A DNA stretch of 64,000 nt from NCBI GenBank assembly GCA_963744995.1, contig CAVUWA010000010.1, positions 544,001 through 608,000 on the forward strand, read 5' to 3'. Each line of letters begins with the position of its first letter. The stretch's first letter is position 1. Under the pieces are notes generated by a model. The model was not told the origin of the DNA. It saw only the letters and a program-made list of their open reading frames with translations, and ran no database searches. The translations under genes were made by a program, and so were the position numbers. This DNA is from Candidatus Eiseniibacteriota bacterium (GTDB lineage: Bacteria; Eisenbacteria; RBG-16-71-46). Shown one piece after another: positions 35,403 through 44,636 of the stretch.

Positions 35403-35509
35403 GCCGGCTCCTCCCCGGAAGAACATCGGGCCATCAGCCACGGGACGCAAGCCCGGCCGCGCCGTTGAACAAGGTTTGTGGGCGCCCCGCGAACGACTAC
35501 ATTGCAGGA

Positions 35510-37222
35510 ATGCGCGCGATCCCGCGATCCCTCAGGCGCCTGGTCTACCTGATCCTGTCGCTGCCGGTCCTGCTGTTCGTGCTGGCGCTCGTCTACCAGG
35601 CCGGCATGATCCACCTGGAAGGGCAGCCACGCTCGCTCGGCGAAGCGCTGCAGTGGGCCGCGGCCACCCTCACCACCACCGGCTTCGGGCGCGACGCCAC
35701 GTGGACCCACCCGCTCATGGAGATCTTCGTGATCTTCGTGCAGTTCGCCGGGGTGATGCTGATCTTCCTGGTCGTCCCGGTGGTGCTGCTTCCCTACCTG
35801 GAGGAGCGCTTCGAGGCGCGGCTGCCCACGACCCTGCCGAACCTCTCGGGTCACGTGCTGATCTACCGTTACGGGCGCGCCGTCTCCGCGCTGGTCGAGG
35901 AGCTGGAGCGGTCCGGGATTCCCACCGTGATCTTCGAGGAGGACGAGGCGACCGCGCGCCGCCTGTTCGAGCGCGAGCACGACGTCGTGCTCGGCAACCT
36001 CGAGGAGGACGATCCCGACCTCACCCATCTGGCCGGCGCGCGCGGTCTGGTGCTGAACGGCAGCGACGATCGCAACGCGGCGATGATCCTGAGCGCCCGC
36101 TATCAGGGCTACCAGGGGCCGATCGTCGCGCTGGTCGCGAACCCGCAGCTGCGGCCGCCGATGCTGAAGGCCGGCGCGACCAATGCGTTCACGCCCGACC
36201 ACGTGCTGGCGGCCGCGGTCGCCGCCCGGGCGAGCGGCAAGATCAGCCCGCGCCTCTCGGGGGTCCACCACCTCGGCCGCCACCTCGAGGTGGTCGAGCT
36301 GCGCGTGCATGCTTCGAGCCCGATCGCCGGCAGCACGATCTCCGCCGCGGGCATCCGGGCGAAGACCGGCGCCACCATCGTGGGGCTGTGGGCCGGCGGC
36401 TCGCTGATCCGGCAGCCCGACATGTCGACCACGATCAGGCCCGGGCAGATCATCGTCGCCGTGGGGAGCCACGCCGCCATTCGCAGGCTCGGCGATCTGG
36501 CGATTCCGGTCCGGCGCGAAGGCCACTTCCTGGTGCTCGGCCACGACCATGTCGGCCGCAAGGTGGCCCAGTTCCTGCGTGAGGCCGGTGAATCGGTCAC
36601 GACCATCGACCGGCATGCCTCCGACGAGGTCGACATCGTCGGCGACCCGCTCAGCCCCGGCGTCCTCGAGCGCGGCGGCATCGAGCGGGCCCAGGCGGTC
36701 ATCCTCACCTTCGCGAGCGACAGCGCCACGCTGTTCGGCGCGGCCGTGGTGCGCAACCTCGCGCCCGAGGTGATCATCATCGCGAGCGCCAGCCGCCAGG
36801 AGAACGTGGGACGCATCCATCGCGCCGGGGCCGACTTCGCCCTGGCGGTGGGCCAGGTGGCCGGCCAGCTGCTCGCCTATCACCTGCTCGGCCGGCACGC
36901 CGTGTCGCTCGAAGCGGAGATCCGCCTGGTGGCCGTGGCGCCGGGCGCCCTCGCGGGCCGCCCGCTGTCGACGAAGACGGTCCGCGAGCGGACCGGATGC
37001 TCGCTGGTGGCCGTCGAGCGCGGCGACGAGGTGATCGTCGAGTTCGCCGAGGGTTTCGCTCTCGCGGCCGACGACATCGTCTACGTCACCGGCACCCACG
37101 AGACGATCGCCGAGTTCCACCGCGTCTACCCGGGAACCAGCGCGTCCGGCCTGCGCCGCAGCCGCTCGTGGCTCGCCGACGGGGTGGACGATCCCGCGCC
37201 GGGGGGCGAGCCGCCGCGCTGA
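35510..37222 (+). CDS. Potassium channel family protein: 2-TM pore plus two TrkA-N/TrkA-C (RCK) pairs
   Basis: TLTTTGFG pore signature; two Rossmann-like and two TrkA-C segments (TGATIVGLW, TGCSLVAVERG). Confidence 0.85.
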   Translation: MRAIPRSLRRLVYLILSLPVLLFVLALVYQAGMIHLEGQPRSLGEALQWAAATLTTTGFGRDATWTHPLMEIFVIFVQFAGVMLIFLVVPVVLLPYLEERFEARLPTTLPNLSGHVLIYRYGRAVSALVEELERSGIPTVIFEEDEATARRLFEREHDVVLGNLEEDDPDLTHLAGARGLVLNGSDDRNAAMILSARYQGYQGPIVALVANPQLRPPMLKAGATNAFTPDHVLAAAVAARASGKISPRLSGVHHLGRHLEVVELRVHASSPIAGSTISAAGIRAKTGATIVGLWAGGSLIRQPDMSTTIRPGQIIVAVGSHAAIRRLGDLAIPVRREGHFLVLGHDHVGRKVAQFLREAGESVTTIDRHASDEVDIVGDPLSPGVLERGGIERAQAVILTFASDSATLFGAAVVRNLAPEVIIIASASRQENVGRIHRAGADFALAVGQVAGQLLAYHLLGRHAVSLEAEIRLVAVAPGALAGRPLSTKTVRERTGCSLVAVERGDEVIVEFAEGFALAADDIVYVTGTHETIAEFHRVYPGTSASGLRRSRSWLADGVDDPAPGGEPPR

Positions 37223-37255
37223 AGCGGGCAGCGCGGCGCGACGGAGCCGCGGGGC

Positions 37256-39241
37256 TCAGCGCCCCCCTGCCGCGCCCGCGCGCCGCGTCCCGGCCGCCGG
37301 CGCGCGCAACAGCCCCGGCGCCGTCACCGGGTTCACCGTCTTCAGGGCCGCGTCGCGCAGCAGCCGGAGTGCGTGATAGCGCGCGAGCGGCAGCACGTGC
37401 TGCCGCGACTCGCGCAGCGCGCGGACGTGGAGCGGTGCATGGTCTTCGCCGAGTACGGCTTCGATCGTGCCGTCGCTGAAGCGCGTGCCCGCCTCGTGCG
37501 GCTCGAGCAGGTGGAGCGTGCCGCCGAAACGCGCGTGCACCTTGCCGAGCGTGCGGTCGACCCACAGGCCGTCCTCGGGCGCCGCGTCCTCGAACGATGC
37601 GTGGCTGCCGTGAAACCGCGGCTTCACGCGGTACGGGCCGCCCGACTCGGGGCAGAACGGATCGCAGTTGCCGCACGCGTTGCAGAAGTCGGCGAACAGC
37701 ACCCACTGCCGCTCGCGCGCGATCTGGAAGCGCGCCGGCACGCGGCGGATCTCGCCCCTCTCGAGCACGAGATCCCAGGTGTCGATCGCCTCCGCGGTGA
37801 ACGGCAGCTCGAAGAACGCTCCGTTCGGACACACCAGCAGGCACTTGTTGCAGGAGGCGCAGTCGAACGCCGCCAGCGGCCCCGTGCGCGCGGGCCGGGC
37901 GCGATGGCGGGTCGCGTGGTAGCGCGGATCGTCGGCGACGCGGGCGGAATAGTCCTCGAGGTTCGCGAGCATGGCCACCTGCAGCTCCGCCGGGCGCGGC
38001 GGCGCGGCGTCGGGCGCGGCGCCCGCACGATGCGCGATCAGCTCCGGCACCGTCTTCACGCCCGCCTCGCGCATCGACGCTGCGAGCGCCCTGACCTGCA
38101 GCGGCAGGCGCCGGTAGCCGTTGGGCTTCAGCAGATCCGTCACGCTGGTCACCGGCGCGAAGCCGCATCCGACCACGTCCGCGACGTTGCCGTCGTCGAC
38201 CCCGGCGCTGAACGACAGCGGAAAGCGCCCGCCGGTGGCGCGCGCGAAGCGTGCGGCCAGCCGCACCGCGAGCGGATGCAGCGGCGCGCCGGACAGGTAG
38301 GTGACGTCGCCTTCGAGCACGTCGCGCGTGTTCTTCACGATCAGCGTGTTGGTGAACTTGGCGCCGAGCGTGAGGCCGGCGCGCGCCGCCGCGCCCTCGA
38401 GCCGCGCGAACATGGCGATCGCCTCGGCCCACTGCAGGTCGCCGTGGAACGCGGCGCGGTCGAGACGCACCTCGTCGTAGCCGAGCTCAGCGCGCACGAG
38501 TGATTCGACCTCGTCGTAGCCGAGCAGCGTCGGATTGAGCTTCACGACCACGTGCATGCCGTGACGCGCGAGCAGGTGCTCGGCGATGCGCTCGATCTCG
38601 TCGGGCGGGCAGCCGTGGAAGGTCGAAAGCGTGACGCCGTAGGCGATCCGGGTCGGCGCCGCGACGTCCGCCGCCGCACGCAGCCCGGGCGGCAGCGTCC
38701 TGCGCAGGCGCTCGAGCAACGGACCCGCGTCCGTCATCGCGTCGAGGAAGCGGGCGACCCGGTCGGAGCGGACGCCGTCGAGATCGTATCCGACCGACAC
38801 GTCGAACAGCGGCGGCGACCCGCCGATTCCGCGCGCGGCGAGCGCGTGCACCAGCAGCCACGCCGCGGCGTACTGTTCGGCCGACACGCCGATCGGCAGC
38901 TCCTGCGACCATTCGACGTTGTAGCCGACGTCGGCGGCGTCGATGCACGGGCGCGGGATCTCGAGCCGGTCGCGCACCTGTACCGTCTTGAGCTCCAGCA
39001 CGCGCGCCCCCGCGAGCCACGACACCACCAGATTCTGTGCCAGCTGGGTGTGCGGGCCGGCCGCCGGGCCGAGCGGGGTCGCCGCGCGGCCGCCGGGAAG
39101 CGCCACGGAGAGGTCGAGATCCTCCGGCGCCGTCCAGAACATCCGTCGCGGGAACTCGAAGATCGCCCGCTGCGCATCGAGCTCGGCGAGCGCCCGCGCG
39201 AGCAGCACGTCGAACGATTGCGGCCGGAGGGCGACCTTCAC
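37256..39241 (-). CDS. ygfK: YgfK-like oxidoreductase, short form (TIM-barrel plus 2[4Fe-4S]; no GltD-like FAD/NAD(P)H module)
   Basis: TPLGPAAGPHTQLAQN, LELKTVQ, PCID..YNVEWSQEL, TLSTFHGCPPDEIE, KLNPTLLG, KFTNTL; CASCNKCLLVCPN and CNACGNCDPFCP. Confidence 0.88.
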   Translation of the reverse strand: MKVALRPQSFDVLLARALAELDAQRAIFEFPRRMFWTAPEDLDLSVALPGGRAATPLGPAAGPHTQLAQNLVVSWLAGARVLELKTVQVRDRLEIPRPCIDAADVGYNVEWSQELPIGVSAEQYAAAWLLVHALAARGIGGSPPLFDVSVGYDLDGVRSDRVARFLDAMTDAGPLLERLRRTLPPGLRAAADVAAPTRIAYGVTLSTFHGCPPDEIERIAEHLLARHGMHVVVKLNPTLLGYDEVESLVRAELGYDEVRLDRAAFHGDLQWAEAIAMFARLEGAAARAGLTLGAKFTNTLIVKNTRDVLEGDVTYLSGAPLHPLAVRLAARFARATGGRFPLSFSAGVDDGNVADVVGCGFAPVTSVTDLLKPNGYRRLPLQVRALAASMREAGVKTVPELIAHRAGAAPDAAPPRPAELQVAMLANLEDYSARVADDPRYHATRHRARPARTGPLAAFDCASCNKCLLVCPNGAFFELPFTAEAIDTWDLVLERGEIRRVPARFQIARERQWVLFADFCNACGNCDPFCPESGGPYRVKPRFHGSHASFEDAAPEDGLWVDRTLGKVHARFGGTLHLLEPHEAGTRFSDGTIEAVLGEDHAPLHVRALRESRQHVLPLARYHALRLLRDAALKTVNPVTAPGLLRAPAAGTRRAGAAGGR

Positions 39242-40344
39242 AGCGCCTCCATGCGGACGGCGAGCCGGGCGGCGGCTTCCCGCGCACGGACGCGGAGCCC
39301 ATCGATCTCCGCCGTCACGAGCCGGCCGTCCTCGACCACGTCGCGTCCGCCGACGGTGACGCGCCGCGCCGGTGCATCGGGCGTCGCGCCGGTCCCCGGC
39401 GCCACCCGGTCCGATGCCAGGTCCGCCGAGTCGCCGAAACGCAGCGCCGCGAGCCGTTCGCCCCCCGTGAGCCGCCCGCGCAACGCGTCGCCGTCGGCGC
39501 GTTCGACGTCACGATGCGTGCCGGCGAGCCGCTCGAGCGCCTCGAACTCCGCGTGCATGTCGGGGGACCAGCCGTCCGTGCCGAGCGCCACGCGCGTGCT
39601 CGCCCAGAGGGCGGCCGGGTAGCCGACGCGGTTGCCCTCGTTGGAGCGCGGGTTCTGCACGATCCACAGTCCGCGGCGATCCGCCTCGCGCACTTCGGCT
39701 TCGGTCAGGTGCACGCCATGCGCGAGGATCGAGCCCGGCGGCAGCGCGCCCAGCGCGAGCAGCCGCTCGAGCGGCCCGTCGTGGCCGTGCGCGCGGGCGA
39801 CCTCGACGTCGGCCCGGTCTTCGGCGACGTGTACGTGCAGCGGCACGCCGAGCCGCGCGCTGAGCGCGGCCGCGTCGCGCACGGTGTCGTCCGACACGGT
39901 GAACGAGGCGTGCAGGCCGACCATGCCCCGCACCCGCGGGCGGCGGTTGGCCTGGATGAAGCGCTCGCACTCGGCGAGCCCGGCCGCGGCTTCGTCGCGG
40001 CCACCGTTGCGTTCCGTCACGCCGTAGCAGAGCAGCGCGCGCACGCCGATCGACGCGCACGCGTCCGCGATGACGTCGAGGCTGCCCTCGATGCAGCCCG
40101 GCGATTCGTGGTGGTCGATCAGCGTCGTGGTCCCGGCGAGCAGCGCCTCGGCCGCGTACCAGCGCGCCCCCGCCGCGAGCAGGTCGTGGTCGAGCGCGCG
40201 GTCGAGCCGCCACCAGAAGCGCTCGAGGATCTCGATGAAGCGTTCGGGGCGCGGCTCGGGCGCCGGCAGGCCGAACGCCGCGAGCGCGCTGTAGAGATGC
40301 GTGTGTGCATTGACGAACCCCGTCCGCGGCGCCGCAGCGCTCAT
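39238..40344 (-). CDS. ssnA: SsnA-like metal-dependent amidohydrolase (compact)
   Basis: GFVNAHTHLYSAL, FIEILERFWWRLDRALD, GTTTLIDHHESP, GLHASFTVSD, HVHVAED, NPRSN, LGTDG. Confidence 0.9.
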   Translation of the reverse strand: MSAAAPRTGFVNAHTHLYSALAAFGLPAPEPRPERFIEILERFWWRLDRALDHDLLAAGARWYAAEALLAGTTTLIDHHESPGCIEGSLDVIADACASIGVRALLCYGVTERNGGRDEAAAGLAECERFIQANRRPRVRGMVGLHASFTVSDDTVRDAAALSARLGVPLHVHVAEDRADVEVARAHGHDGPLERLLALGALPPGSILAHGVHLTEAEVREADRRGLWIVQNPRSNEGNRVGYPAALWASTRVALGTDGWSPDMHAEFEALERLAGTHRDVERADGDALRGRLTGGERLAALRFGDSADLASDRVAPGTGATPDAPARRVTVGGRDVVEDGRLVTAEIDGLRVRAREAAARLAVRMEAL

Positions 40345-43058
40345 CGCCACGTCTCCCGTGGCGCTTTCGTGCGGATCCGCCCCACGCTCAGCGCGCGCGC
40401 TGCGGGCGAATCCTTCATCGGCAGCACGGTGCGGCGTGTGCCGTCGAAGGCGCAGAGCGCGCCCGCGACCGCCGCGGCGGTCGGCACGAGTCCGATCTCG
40501 CCGAGTCCCTTGGCGCCGAACGGCCCCTCGGGCTCCGGCACCTCGACCAGGATCACTTCGACCTCCGGCATGTCGCGCGCCTTGAGGACCCCCAGCTGGT
40601 AGCGCGAGAAGGTCACCGGCATGCCGTCCGCGCACGGCAGCTCCTCGCTGAGCGCGTAGCCGAGCCCCATGTGCACGGCGCCCTGGATCTGGCCTTCGCA
40701 CAGCAGCGGATTGATCGCGCGGCCGACGTCGTGCGCGGCGATCACGCGCTCGAGCTTCCCTTCGTCATCGAGCACACAGAGCTGGGTCGCGAAACCATAC
40801 GTGGTGTGGGTCTTGACGGGGCCCGGCGCGCCGATCGGCGTGGTGTCGTCCACGACCTCGTCGGCGGCGTAGACGCTCCCGGCGAGGTCGGCGAGCGTAC
40901 GGCCGGCGAGCAGGTCGGTGCGCAGCTTCTCCGCAGCGCTCTTCACCGCGCGCCCGGCGAACAGCGTCGCGCGCGAGCCGGTGGTCTGCCCGCAGCCGAG
41001 CGCGAACGTCGAGTTCACCGTCGGCCGGAACGTGGCCGCGGGGAGCCCGGTGACCTCCGCCGCGATCTGCGTGACGATCGTGAACAGGCCCTGCCCCATC
41101 TCGGTGAAGCCCTGATGAATCGACACGGTGCCGTCCGGCTCCACCACCAGCCGCGCCTTGCCCCACTCGACGGCGCCGTTGCCGAGTCCGGTGTTCTTGA
41201 GCCCGCACGCGATCCCCACCGCACGGCCCGCGGCGTGCAGCGCGTACCAGCGCTCCTTCACGGCGAGCAGCGTGGCGCGGATGCCCACCGACTTGTCGAG
41301 CACCTGCCCGGTGGTGAGCATGTCGCCGGGTTCGATCGCGTTCCTCCAGCGGATCTCCCAGGGATCGAGGCCCGCCAGCTCCGCGAGCCGGTCGAGCGCG
41401 CCCTCGATCGCGAACGCCGCCTGGTTCGCGCCGAAGCCGCGCATCGCGCCGCACGGCGGGTTGTTCGTATAGACGGCCCGAGCCTCGACGTCCACCGCCG
41501 GCACCCGGTACGGCCCGCACGCATGCCCCGCGGCACGCTCGAGCACCTTGGCGCCCACGGAGGCATAGGCCCCCGAGTCGCCGAGCATGCGCGCGCGCAC
41601 GGCGGTGAGCCGGCCTTCCGGGTCACAGCCGGCCGCGAGCTCGATCGTGATCGGATGGCGCTTGGGATGGCGGCGGATCGACTCCTTCCGATCGAGCGCC
41701 AGTTTGACCGGCCGGCCGGTCGCCCGCGCGAGCAGCGCCGCGTGCGCCTGCACCGACAGATCCTCCTTGCCGCCGAAGGCGCCGCCGTTCGGCACCAGCT
41801 CGATCGATACGCGCGCCTCGGCCACGCCGAGCACGCGGGCCACCTGGCGGCGATCGTCGAACACGCCCTGCCCCTGCGTGTAGAGGTGCATCGCGCCGTC
41901 CTCGAGCGGCACCGCGAGCGCGCACTCGGGCTCCACGAACAGGTGCTCGATGCGCTGCGTGTGCCACGTCCCGGTGACCACGTGCGCACTCGCGGCGAGC
42001 GCCGCGTCGGCGTCACCGCGGCGGATCACCGTGTGCGAGAGCAGGTTCTCGTGTTCGGGGTTCACGCGCGGCGCGGCGGGCTCGAGCGCGGACGCCGGGT
42101 CCAGAACCGGCGCCAGCGGCTCGAGCTCCACCGTGACCAGCGCCGCGGCCGCGCGCGCCTGGGCCTCGCTGTCCGCAGCCACGATCGCGAGCACGTCGCC
42201 CACGCAGCGCACCTCCTCGCCCTCCGCGACGAGCACCGGCCAGTCGTCGAGGATCAGGCCGTTCAGAGGCTCGCCGGGCACGTCACGCGCGCTGAGCGCG
42301 GCGCGCACGCCGGGCGCCGCGAGCGCCGGGGCCACGTCGACGCGCCGCACCTTCGCCCGCGCGTGCGGGGACAGCACCACGGCGCCGTGGAGCATGCCGG
42401 GCAAAGCGAGGTCGTCCACGTACGGCGCCTCGCCGAGCACGTGGCGCGTGGCGTCGTAGCGCACCATGCGCGCGCCCACGCCGCCGTCCGCGAGCGGCTC
42501 GAGCGCGGGCGCGCCGCGCCGTTCGGCGGCGATCCGCTCGACGGCATCGATGATCCGGAGATAGCCGGTGCAGCGGCACAGGTGCTCGTCGAGCGCTTCG
42601 GCGATCGCCCGTCTGGACGGCGTCGGGTCGCGCTCGAGCAGATGATGCGCGCGCACGACGATGCCCGGAATGCAGAAACCGCACTGCAGCGCCCCGCTGG
42701 CCGCGAAGACGCGGGCGAACCGTGCGCGCGCCGCCTCCGGCAGTCCCTCCACCGTGCGCACGTCGAGTCCTTCGCACGCGGCCGCCGGGATCGTGCACGT
42801 CGAGCGCGGCGCGCCGTCCACCAGGGCCACGCACGCGCCGCACTGGCCGAGCGGCTGACAGCCGCGCTTGGGCGAGCGGATGCCGAGCTGCAGGCGCAGC
42901 AGATCGAGCAGCGACTCGCCCGCGTGCGCCTCGAGGTCGTGCGGCGCGCCGTTGACGGTCAGGCGCACGGGCCGTGCCGGAGCGCGCGGAGGAGCGCCGT
43001 CCGCGGCCGTGTGGCGCGGCTCGCGGTCCCGCACGACCGGCTCGACCTCGTCGGACAC
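40341..43058 (-). CDS. Xanthine dehydrogenase-family molybdenum hydroxylase (2x[2Fe-2S] plus Moco domain; selenium-dependent Xdh / XdhD-like)
   Basis: GC..GQCGAC, QCGFCIPG, LCRCTGY, GGAFGGKE, AMRGFG, GQTTGSR, DVGRAINP, GPFGAKGLGEIG; no FAD domain. Confidence 0.92.
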   Translation of the reverse strand: MSDEVEPVVRDREPRHTAADGAPPRAPARPVRLTVNGAPHDLEAHAGESLLDLLRLQLGIRSPKRGCQPLGQCGACVALVDGAPRSTCTIPAAACEGLDVRTVEGLPEAARARFARVFAASGALQCGFCIPGIVVRAHHLLERDPTPSRRAIAEALDEHLCRCTGYLRIIDAVERIAAERRGAPALEPLADGGVGARMVRYDATRHVLGEAPYVDDLALPGMLHGAVVLSPHARAKVRRVDVAPALAAPGVRAALSARDVPGEPLNGLILDDWPVLVAEGEEVRCVGDVLAIVAADSEAQARAAAALVTVELEPLAPVLDPASALEPAAPRVNPEHENLLSHTVIRRGDADAALAASAHVVTGTWHTQRIEHLFVEPECALAVPLEDGAMHLYTQGQGVFDDRRQVARVLGVAEARVSIELVPNGGAFGGKEDLSVQAHAALLARATGRPVKLALDRKESIRRHPKRHPITIELAAGCDPEGRLTAVRARMLGDSGAYASVGAKVLERAAGHACGPYRVPAVDVEARAVYTNNPPCGAMRGFGANQAAFAIEGALDRLAELAGLDPWEIRWRNAIEPGDMLTTGQVLDKSVGIRATLLAVKERWYALHAAGRAVGIACGLKNTGLGNGAVEWGKARLVVEPDGTVSIHQGFTEMGQGLFTIVTQIAAEVTGLPAATFRPTVNSTFALGCGQTTGSRATLFAGRAVKSAAEKLRTDLLAGRTLADLAGSVYAADEVVDDTTPIGAPGPVKTHTTYGFATQLCVLDDEGKLERVIAAHDVGRAINPLLCEGQIQGAVHMGLGYALSEELPCADGMPVTFSRYQLGVLKARDMPEVEVILVEVPEPEGPFGAKGLGEIGLVPTAAAVAGALCAFDGTRRTVLPMKDSPAARALSVGRIRTKAPRETWR

Positions 43059-43061
43059 CGG

Positions 43062-44636
43062 TCAGGCTCCGTCGCCCGCGACGAACGTTCCCGGGAACCG
43101 GGCGAGGAACGCGATCGCGTGCTGCAGTTCGCGCAGGTCCACGCACTCCCCGATCTTGTGCGTGTTCTGCTCGATGCCCGGGCCGAGTCCGAACATCGCC
43201 GGATGGGTGAAGGCTTCGGTGCTCACCCAGCGTTTCGACCCGGGCACCCGGATCTCGCGCTGGTCGACCGGCACCGGGAAGCCGACCCCGTCGGTCGAGA
43301 ACACCCAGCGCGACACGCGCGGCTCGCGCCGCAGTGCGCCGCCGTCTTCGCTGGTCTCGCCGACGTACGGCGAGACCACGCGCCGGTACGCCGACTCCGC
43401 GGCGCGGATCGCGGGATGATCGGCCGGCGTCTCCCAGCCCATGTAGATCTGCGGGTTGCCGGGCACGAACCGGGTCCACGTCGGCTGCTCGTAGCGGGGC
43501 ACCGCGACCTCGACGTGCAGCCCGGCGGCCCGCGCCGTGCGGACCGCATCCAGGCCCTCGATGTCGGCCAGCGCCTGCTCCGGGGTCTCGCCCACCGTGA
43601 GACGCCGGTCGAAGCGGAACGTGAACCGCTCCGGAACCGCGCAGTCGCTCGGCGTCTCCAGCGTCGCGAACGAGGCCGTGCGCGTGCCGCGGCCGAGGAA
43701 CGGATGGTCGAGAAGCCCCTCGCCGCGCGCGGCCCGCGCCGCAGCCTCGGCAAGGATCGCCCCGCCGTGTTCGAGAGGGTTCAGGCCTTCGTGCGGCATC
43801 GAGCCGTGGCACGAGCGGCCGGTCACGCGCACCTCGATCTGCATGCGCCCGCGCTGTCCGCGGTAGATCCCCAGCGCACCGGCGCGCGAGTCCCCGGTGC
43901 CCTCGGTGAGGATCACCACGTCCGGCACGACTTCCGCGGCCGCGCGCGGCAGCACGTGGCGCACGATGTACATGGGACCGCCGCCGTCGTTGTCCTCCTC
44001 GGCGACGGTCGCGTAGCCGTGGATCCGCACGCCGCGCAACGCGCCCTCGGACGCGAGCTGCAGCAGGATCCTCGAGGCGACGATCTGCGCCACCACGCCG
44101 CCGAGCTGATCGGCCGAGCCGCGCCCGAACAGCAGGTGGCTCCATTCGGCGTCGGGCGGCACCCAGCCCAGCTCGCGTCGCAACGCCGCGTGGTCGACGC
44201 GGGCCGGATCGGTCACGCCGTCGTACGCGTCGATCCCGCCGCCCAGCCGTTCGATCCACTGTTCCCGCAACGCGCGCACCGTGTCGCAGTGGCCGTCCCA
44301 GTAGATGACGCGCTTCGTGTCGGCGGGCACGCCGTCGGTCGGATCGTCCAAAATCCAGTGCAGGTTGCCGAACGCGTCGATCTCGACGTCCCGCGGTCCG
44401 CGCACCCCGCCGATCTCGAGCAGCGCGCGGCGCAGGTATTCGATGCGCGGCCCTTCGTGGTTGCTGAGCCCGCTGTCCGGATCGCCGGCGCCGCGGCGCG
44501 CGTGCGCGGCCCCCGGCCCCCGCACGTGGTCGGCGGGAATGCGGATGGCCTCGCGCAGGATGCGCGCGGCGAGGGGCAGAAGATCCGCGGCCTGGGCGGC
44601 GATCTTCGCGTCGAGGGCGGAGCCGGTTCCAATCAT
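43062..44636 (-). CDS. ygeY: M20-family hydrolase, YgeY-like
   Basis: DAFGN, DGHCDTV, GRGSADQLGG, TVAEEDNDG, TEGT, YRGQRGRMQI..TGRSCHGSMP, DRRLTVGET, WVFSTDGV, FGLGPG. Confidence 0.85.
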   Translation of the reverse strand: MIGTGSALDAKIAAQAADLLPLAARILREAIRIPADHVRGPGAAHARRGAGDPDSGLSNHEGPRIEYLRRALLEIGGVRGPRDVEIDAFGNLHWILDDPTDGVPADTKRVIYWDGHCDTVRALREQWIERLGGGIDAYDGVTDPARVDHAALRRELGWVPPDAEWSHLLFGRGSADQLGGVVAQIVASRILLQLASEGALRGVRIHGYATVAEEDNDGGGPMYIVRHVLPRAAAEVVPDVVILTEGTGDSRAGALGIYRGQRGRMQIEVRVTGRSCHGSMPHEGLNPLEHGGAILAEAAARAARGEGLLDHPFLGRGTRTASFATLETPSDCAVPERFTFRFDRRLTVGETPEQALADIEGLDAVRTARAAGLHVEVAVPRYEQPTWTRFVPGNPQIYMGWETPADHPAIRAAESAYRRVVSPYVGETSEDGGALRREPRVSRWVFSTDGVGFPVPVDQREIRVPGSKRWVSTEAFTHPAMFGLGPGIEQNTHKIGECVDLRELQHAIAFLARFPGTFVAGDGA

